A stretch of DNA of 64,000 bases from Planktothrix sp. GU0601_MAG3 (lineage in GTDB: Bacteria; Cyanobacteriota; Cyanobacteriia; Cyanobacteriales; Microcoleaceae). The notes beneath the pieces were generated by a model. That model worked only from the letters and a program-made list of their open reading frames with translations. It had not been told where the DNA came from and ran no database searches. Where the stretch lies: NCBI GenBank assembly GCA_035193785.1, contig CP136572.1:4564578-4628577 (forward strand), given 5' to 3'. The translations under genes and the position numbers were made by a program. Shown one piece after another: positions 58,607 through 64,000 of the stretch (positions are counted from its first letter, which is position 1; each line of letters begins with the position of its first letter).

Positions 58607-61600
58607 TTAGTTTTTCTCCTGGGCTAATATTTCTTGAATTGTACTTGTGAGTTGACCAAGTTTAAAGGGTTTAGCCAGATAATAATTTGCACCTGCTTCT
58701 AAGCATTTTTGTTTGTCGCTGATCATTGCTAGGGCTGTGAGGGCAATAATCGGTATATTAGCTAGTGTGCGATCGCTGTCCTCACGAATCCGTTTAATTG
58801 CTTCTAAACCGTCCATAACAGGCATCTGAATATCCATTAAAATCAAATCTGGCTTGTATGATTTAGCCTGATCAATTGCCTCTTGACCATTTGCCGCTAA
58901 GATAATTTGGTATCCTTTTGCCTTCAGATAACGAGAGGTAGTAATAATATTAGCTTCATGATCTTCTGCTAACAGAATTAGAGGACATTTTTCTAAGACT
59001 TGGGTTGTAGAATTTGGGTCTAAATTGACTACGGTTTCCTGGGAAGATTCAGGAGCTTGTAATAGTAAATCTTGACAAGGAAGACGGAAGGTAAAACAAC
59101 TACCGATATCAATTTTACTCTTAACTTTTACCTCCCCACCGTGCATTTCCACAATTTTTTTGACCAGGGCAAGTCCTAAACCTGTACCCATATATTGACG
59201 ATTTAAAGCACTATCAATTTGCACAAAGGGTTGAAACAGTTTAGGGAGATTTTCAGGAGTAATACCAATACCCGTATCGGTGACGGCAAAACTAATATAA
59301 TGATTGCTGGAAGCGGTTTCCGTTGAGGATTCAAATGTAACAGTTAAGGAGACTCTACCGCCTTCGTGAGTAAATTTAATCGCGTTATTCAGTAAGTTAA
59401 TTAAAACCTGACGGATACGCCGTTCATCTATTAATAACTTAGGCAAATAAGGGGAAAATTCGATCTGAATTGAAATGCGTTTTTTTAGGGCCTGTTGTTT
59501 AACAAAGACCAAACTTGACTCGCACAATTCTGTTATGAGGGTAGGGGTGCAGTTGAGTTCAATTTTGCCCGATTCAATTTTAGCAACATCGAGAATATCA
59601 TTAATTAATGCCAGGAGATGAGTCCCACTTTTTTCAATAGTTTGTACCGACTGATGCTGTTTCTGATTCAGGGGGCCAAATACTTCCTCTTGCAGAGCCT
59701 CAGACATTCCTAAAATCGCATTGAGGGGAGTTCGTAATTCATGGCTCATATTAGCCAGAAACTCATCTTTCATCCGGGTCGCCCGGGCTAGTTTCCAGAT
59801 TAGTTTGTTGCAGTTGGGCTTCATATTGTTTGCGATCCGTAATATCCACGACCACACAAACACAACTACTATCGTTTTGATTGTCAGAAAGTAAGGCTAC
59901 CCCAATCAGCACAGGAATTCGACTCCCATCAGGGCGATAATATTCCTTTTCCCAGGGATCAATTGCTCCGTAAAGTCTCAGATATTCCATCGCCTTATCA
60001 TCATTGGCAGTATGTTCGGGAGGGGTGATTACTAACCAATTAATCCGATGATTATTCAGAGCTTCTCTGCTATAACCAGTAATTTCTAAAAAGCGATCAT
60101 TTGCATCAGTAATTTGCCCATTAAAGTCCGTAAACATCATACCCACAATATTAGAGGCAAACACACGGCGGAAGCGATTTTCACTCGCTTGTAATCGAAT
60201 TTCAGCCAGTTTGAGATCGCTAATATCCGATAAAATTCCTTGACAACCAATTATTGTTCCTTGTTCATTTTTAATCGCTGTCGCACTAATTCTCACCCAC
60301 AGATAATGACCGTCTCGGTGAAGATGTCGAATTTCAAGATTATGGGATGTTTCCCCGGCTAGAATATATTGGCGATTATTTTGAGTCAGCATTTCAAAAT
60401 CATCAGGATGAACCAAATCCAAAAAGGATTTACCGATCCATTCACTAGGTTTCCAGCCAAAAAGCGTCTCGAATTGGGGCGACAGGTAGGTATATAAGCC
60501 CTCAATATCAAAAGACCAAATAAGATCATTTGCTCCTTCTACCAGTCCTCGGAATTGAGCTTCACTCTTGGCTAATTCGGCTTCAATTTTCTTGCGATCG
60601 CTAATATCAAAGCGAATCCCTAGATACTGAAACGGTTTTCCCCGGCTATCTAAAAAGGGGACAATGGTACTGTCTACCCAATAGAAATCGCCATTCTTAG
60701 TTCGATTGCAAATCTCACCGCGCCAAACTTTCCCTTGGATAATCGTCTGCCACAATTGTTTAAAAAAGCAAGGATGATGGTGGCCGGAATTAATCAGGCC
60801 ATGGGTTTTTCCGATTAGTTGATCGCGGGAATAACCAGAAACCTCACAGAAGCGATCATTAGCATAGGTAATCACACCTTGAATATCAGTAATCGACACA
60901 ATTGCAGCCTGATCCAAGCCCAGTTTAAAGGCTGATAATTCTTGAAGTAACTTTTCCCGTTCTAGTCCAGCTTGTTTCTTTTGAGTAATGTCTTTAGCAA
61001 TGGCTAAAAAACCAATAATTTGCTGATTAATATCCTTGAGGGCATTGATAGATAGGGATACCGGAAAGTGAGAACCATCTTTGCGAAGATAAATCCATTC
61101 TTGATCATTGATTATGCCTCTTTGACAGAGTGCCATAAAAAGCTCAAAGCTTGGCTCAATCGGACGGTTAAGCTCTTGGGAAAGGATTTCAGCGTAAATT
61201 TCCAATTCTTGGCGATCGTGGATGCTTGCAAGGGTGACTTTACCAATAACCTCCTGTGCCCGATAACCGAGCATTTTTTCTGCCCCAGCATTAAAGGTCT
61301 GAATCACCCCTTGAAGATCGGTGGAAATAATAGAATAATCAGCCCCATCGAGAATAGCTTTTTGGAGAATATTGAGGTTTAGGACTTCCTTAGTCTGTTG
61401 CCGCACCAGGCTTTCCAGGGAAAGGTTAAATTCTTCTAATGATGATTGTGCCTGGTGTAGCTCTTGATTCCGTTGTTGCAGAGCTTCCGTTACCCGGAGT
61501 CTTTCTATTTCTGCCTCGGCTCTGGTGGCAAAAACCCGCAAAATATCAATTATCTTGCCTAGATTGGGTGAATTTTTCAGGGTTTTATTCCAGATCGCAA

Positions 61601-63795
61601 TATAGCCCAGAGACTCCCCGGCTTGATTTTGTAGGGCAAGACCCAGATCGCTCTGAGCATAAAGTTCTTCTAAATTTTCATTTATATGATTAGCTGGAAA
61701 TTGGGGATTTGGGAAATCGACTAACTTACAAAATACCCGGTTACGAAATTCTGTAATTACAATCCGATCAAGTTCAAAGGCTTTGCTAATATGTTCAGCC
61801 AGGGCTGGGAAAAAGTCTTTTCCGGTGACGGCGGCTGTACCTTCAATCAAGTTTTCCAGAATTTCAGAATCCTGTTTACGTTCAGTAATATCGGTGGCCG
61901 TACCCACATAACCAATGGTTTTCCCGTTGATATCACGTTCTATGATCGCCTGTCCAAATACCCAAGTGATCAAACCATCGGGGCGTTGATAGCGGTATTC
62001 TGACTGAAAGGGACGATTTTCGTGAACGGCAAAATACCACTCCGAGGTGATTTTGTCTCGATCCTGGGGATGTATGGCTTGAGTCCAACCCCCACCGATG
62101 GCCTCCGAGGGAGTCAGTCCGGTCAGGAAACACCAAGATGTATTCACATAAATGCAGTTTCCCTGAGTATCGGCGCGGAAAATCCCAACGGGAACAGCGG
62201 CAGCCAGGGTAATATAGGAATTTTGACTCTCGATCAGGGCGGCTTCGATTTTGTGTCTTTCTGCCAGTTCGGTTTCGATTTGTTGGTAAGCGGTGGCTTG
62301 TTGAATTGCGATCGCCACTTGGGTAGCCAGTTGTTGTAACAGGGTAATTTCTTCTGTTAGCCATTGGCGCGGCTGATTGCTTTCGGAAGCCAGTAACAAG
62401 CCCCAAAGGGTTTGTCCTAGCAGAATCGGAACAATAACTTTTGCCCGAATTTGCAAGTATTCTAGGTTCTGACGATGGCAGTCGGCCATGGAAGTGGTGT
62501 AGATATCTGGCACTACCCGAACCCGTCCTTGAGTATAGGCATCGATCCAATCCGAAAAACAGGGGTCAGCAATCTGTGTTCCTAGGTCATAAAAATCTTG
62601 ACTGCTGCTGGCTTCTGCTGCAACGATTATACTGGTATCGGTTTGTAATTGCCAAATCACCGTCCGATCACAATTGAGGTGAGATCGGATTTGTTCCACC
62701 GTTGTCTTCAGAATCTCTGGCAAATTCAGGGAGGAACGAATTTGAGTGGCAATTGTGGTGATTAACTCCTCTTGTTTGGCTTTGGCCTTGAGGATAGCCG
62801 TTCTTTCTTGGACTTGATGTTCTAATTCCAGATTCCGATGGCTTAAAAGTTCTATTTTCTCCGCTTCTAACCGTGATACTTTCTGTTCTAAAACTTCGGC
62901 TAATTTGTATAATTCCAGGGGGTTGAGGGCTTGTAAAATACTGGTCTGGGTGATAATTCCCAGCAGTTTCACCCTCCCCACCCGTCACCACCAAGTGCCG
63001 AATCAAATGCCGTTCCATCATCCGTTGCACCGCCCAGAGAGAATCATCTTTTCTGACTGGGAAAATCACTATATTCATCACCTGATCGGCCATACAGGTT
63101 TCTAAATCAAGGTTTAATGCCTGACACTGGACTAAATCTCGCTCGGTCACAAAGCCAATGGGGATCAATAGGCTATTTTGTTCTTGTACAATCACCACGG
63201 AACTGACGCGATGCTTTGCCATCAACTCGGCGATCCGTAATATGGGACTATCGGGAGACAGGGACACCACATTCGCAATCATCACTTCTGCGACCAGACG
63301 TAACCGCAATAAATCTGCCGGACGGGATGTTTGTCTTAGGGTTTCGTGGGTGAGCAGTCCCACTATTTGATCTTGGTCGTTGAGAATGGGTAAATGGCGA
63401 ATCCGGTGCTGTTTGAGCAGGGTAATTGCAAAAAACAAATCCGTAAAAGCCGACTCCTGGAGGGTGACAACTGGATGGGCCATGACTTCCCGGACGGGCA
63501 GACTCTCTAAGGAGCGTTTCTCGGTGCTCAGGCGTACCACATCTCTTTCGGTGAGAATGCCCAATAATTTCTGATTCTCAGCAATTAGGACACAACTTGA
63601 CCGGGCTTCAATGTGTAATTCCTCTGGTCGGTTATCGCCTGTGGTGGACATCAAACAAACTGTATGCAGTCCACTCATTTGTGTGATCGCATCCCTAACG
63701 GTCGTATCCGGTGCAACAATCAGGGGATTACGCACGATGGCAGATGTTAGTTCCGTTTGGGTGATAGCACTTGCCGATGTCAACGGTGTCAACAT
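58607..63795 (-). CDS. Giant cytoplasmic hybrid histidine kinase (4 CBS, GAF, multiple PAS, HisKA, HATPase, REC; ~1725 aa; frameshifts at ~62968 and ~59793)
   Basis: CBS (GILTERDVV, IRHLPI), GAF (LNCDRTVIW), PAS/PAC repeats (DITERKQ, DISDRKK), FLANMSHELRTPLN, REC. Confidence 0.9.
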
Positions 63796-63812
63796 GATCT
63801 GAACCAGGTTAG

Positions 63813-64000
63813 TTAGGTGATATTATTGGGTAAGATAATTTCAAAAATTGCTCCTTGAGGTTGATTATTTTCCACCCTAATTGTGCCACCGTGAGCCTCA
63901 ACAATCATTTTACAAAAAGCTAATCCCAATCCGATTTGAGAGACACCTTGCATCAGAGTCCCAATTTCATATTTCTCGAAAATACATTGTTTTAAATTAT
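63813..64000 (-). CDS. Histidine kinase, C-terminal HATPase fragment (5' part outside the window)
   Basis: Manual translation IFEKYEIGTLMQGVSQIGLGLAFCKMIVEAHGGTIRVENNQPQGAIFEIILP. Confidence 0.85.
   Translation of the reverse strand, partial: NLKQCIFEKYEIGTLMQGVSQIGLGLAFCKMIVEAHGGTIRVENNQPQGAIFEIILPNNIT

Noticed and set aside
50139..63802. Numerous short + strand ORFs opposite nos and the kinases
   Set aside because: Shadow ORFs on the antisense strand of well-supported genes, with no motifs

Overview
64 kb of a filamentous cyanobacterial chromosome (HIP1 GCGATCGC octamers, STRR heptamer repeats and GTAG-type REP elements; Planktothrix/Oscillatoriales-like by inference). Housekeeping content: ycf66, gap2, thiL, the phylloquinone cluster menF/A/E/C/H, purB, mraY, recJ, a PP2C phosphatase plus FHA-kinase, hslO and rlmN. 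Accessory content: (i) an AT-rich cassette region at about 27.3-32.4 kb with KGK genes, two VapBC-type TA modules and an NB-ARC ATPase, with cassettes separated by HIP1-rich repeats; (ii) a two-gene operon at 40.3-47.1 kb encoding a ~1040-aa protein whose C-terminal half has the motif order of an Argonaute MID-PIWI module without catalytic acids, followed by a 1228-aa putative nuclease/SF2-helicase fusion, which is the best candidate for an undescribed guide-directed defence system; (iii) a full-length globin-oxygenase-reductase nitric oxide synthase downstream of a cluster of hybrid histidine kinases and a solute-binding protein. About 25 reading-frame breaks, including those in essential genes, are each repaired by the same change (GAAAC to GAAC, or GTTTC to GTTC). 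They are therefore treated as a systematic sequencing artefact, possibly caused by DNA modification, and split ORFs are reported as single genes.
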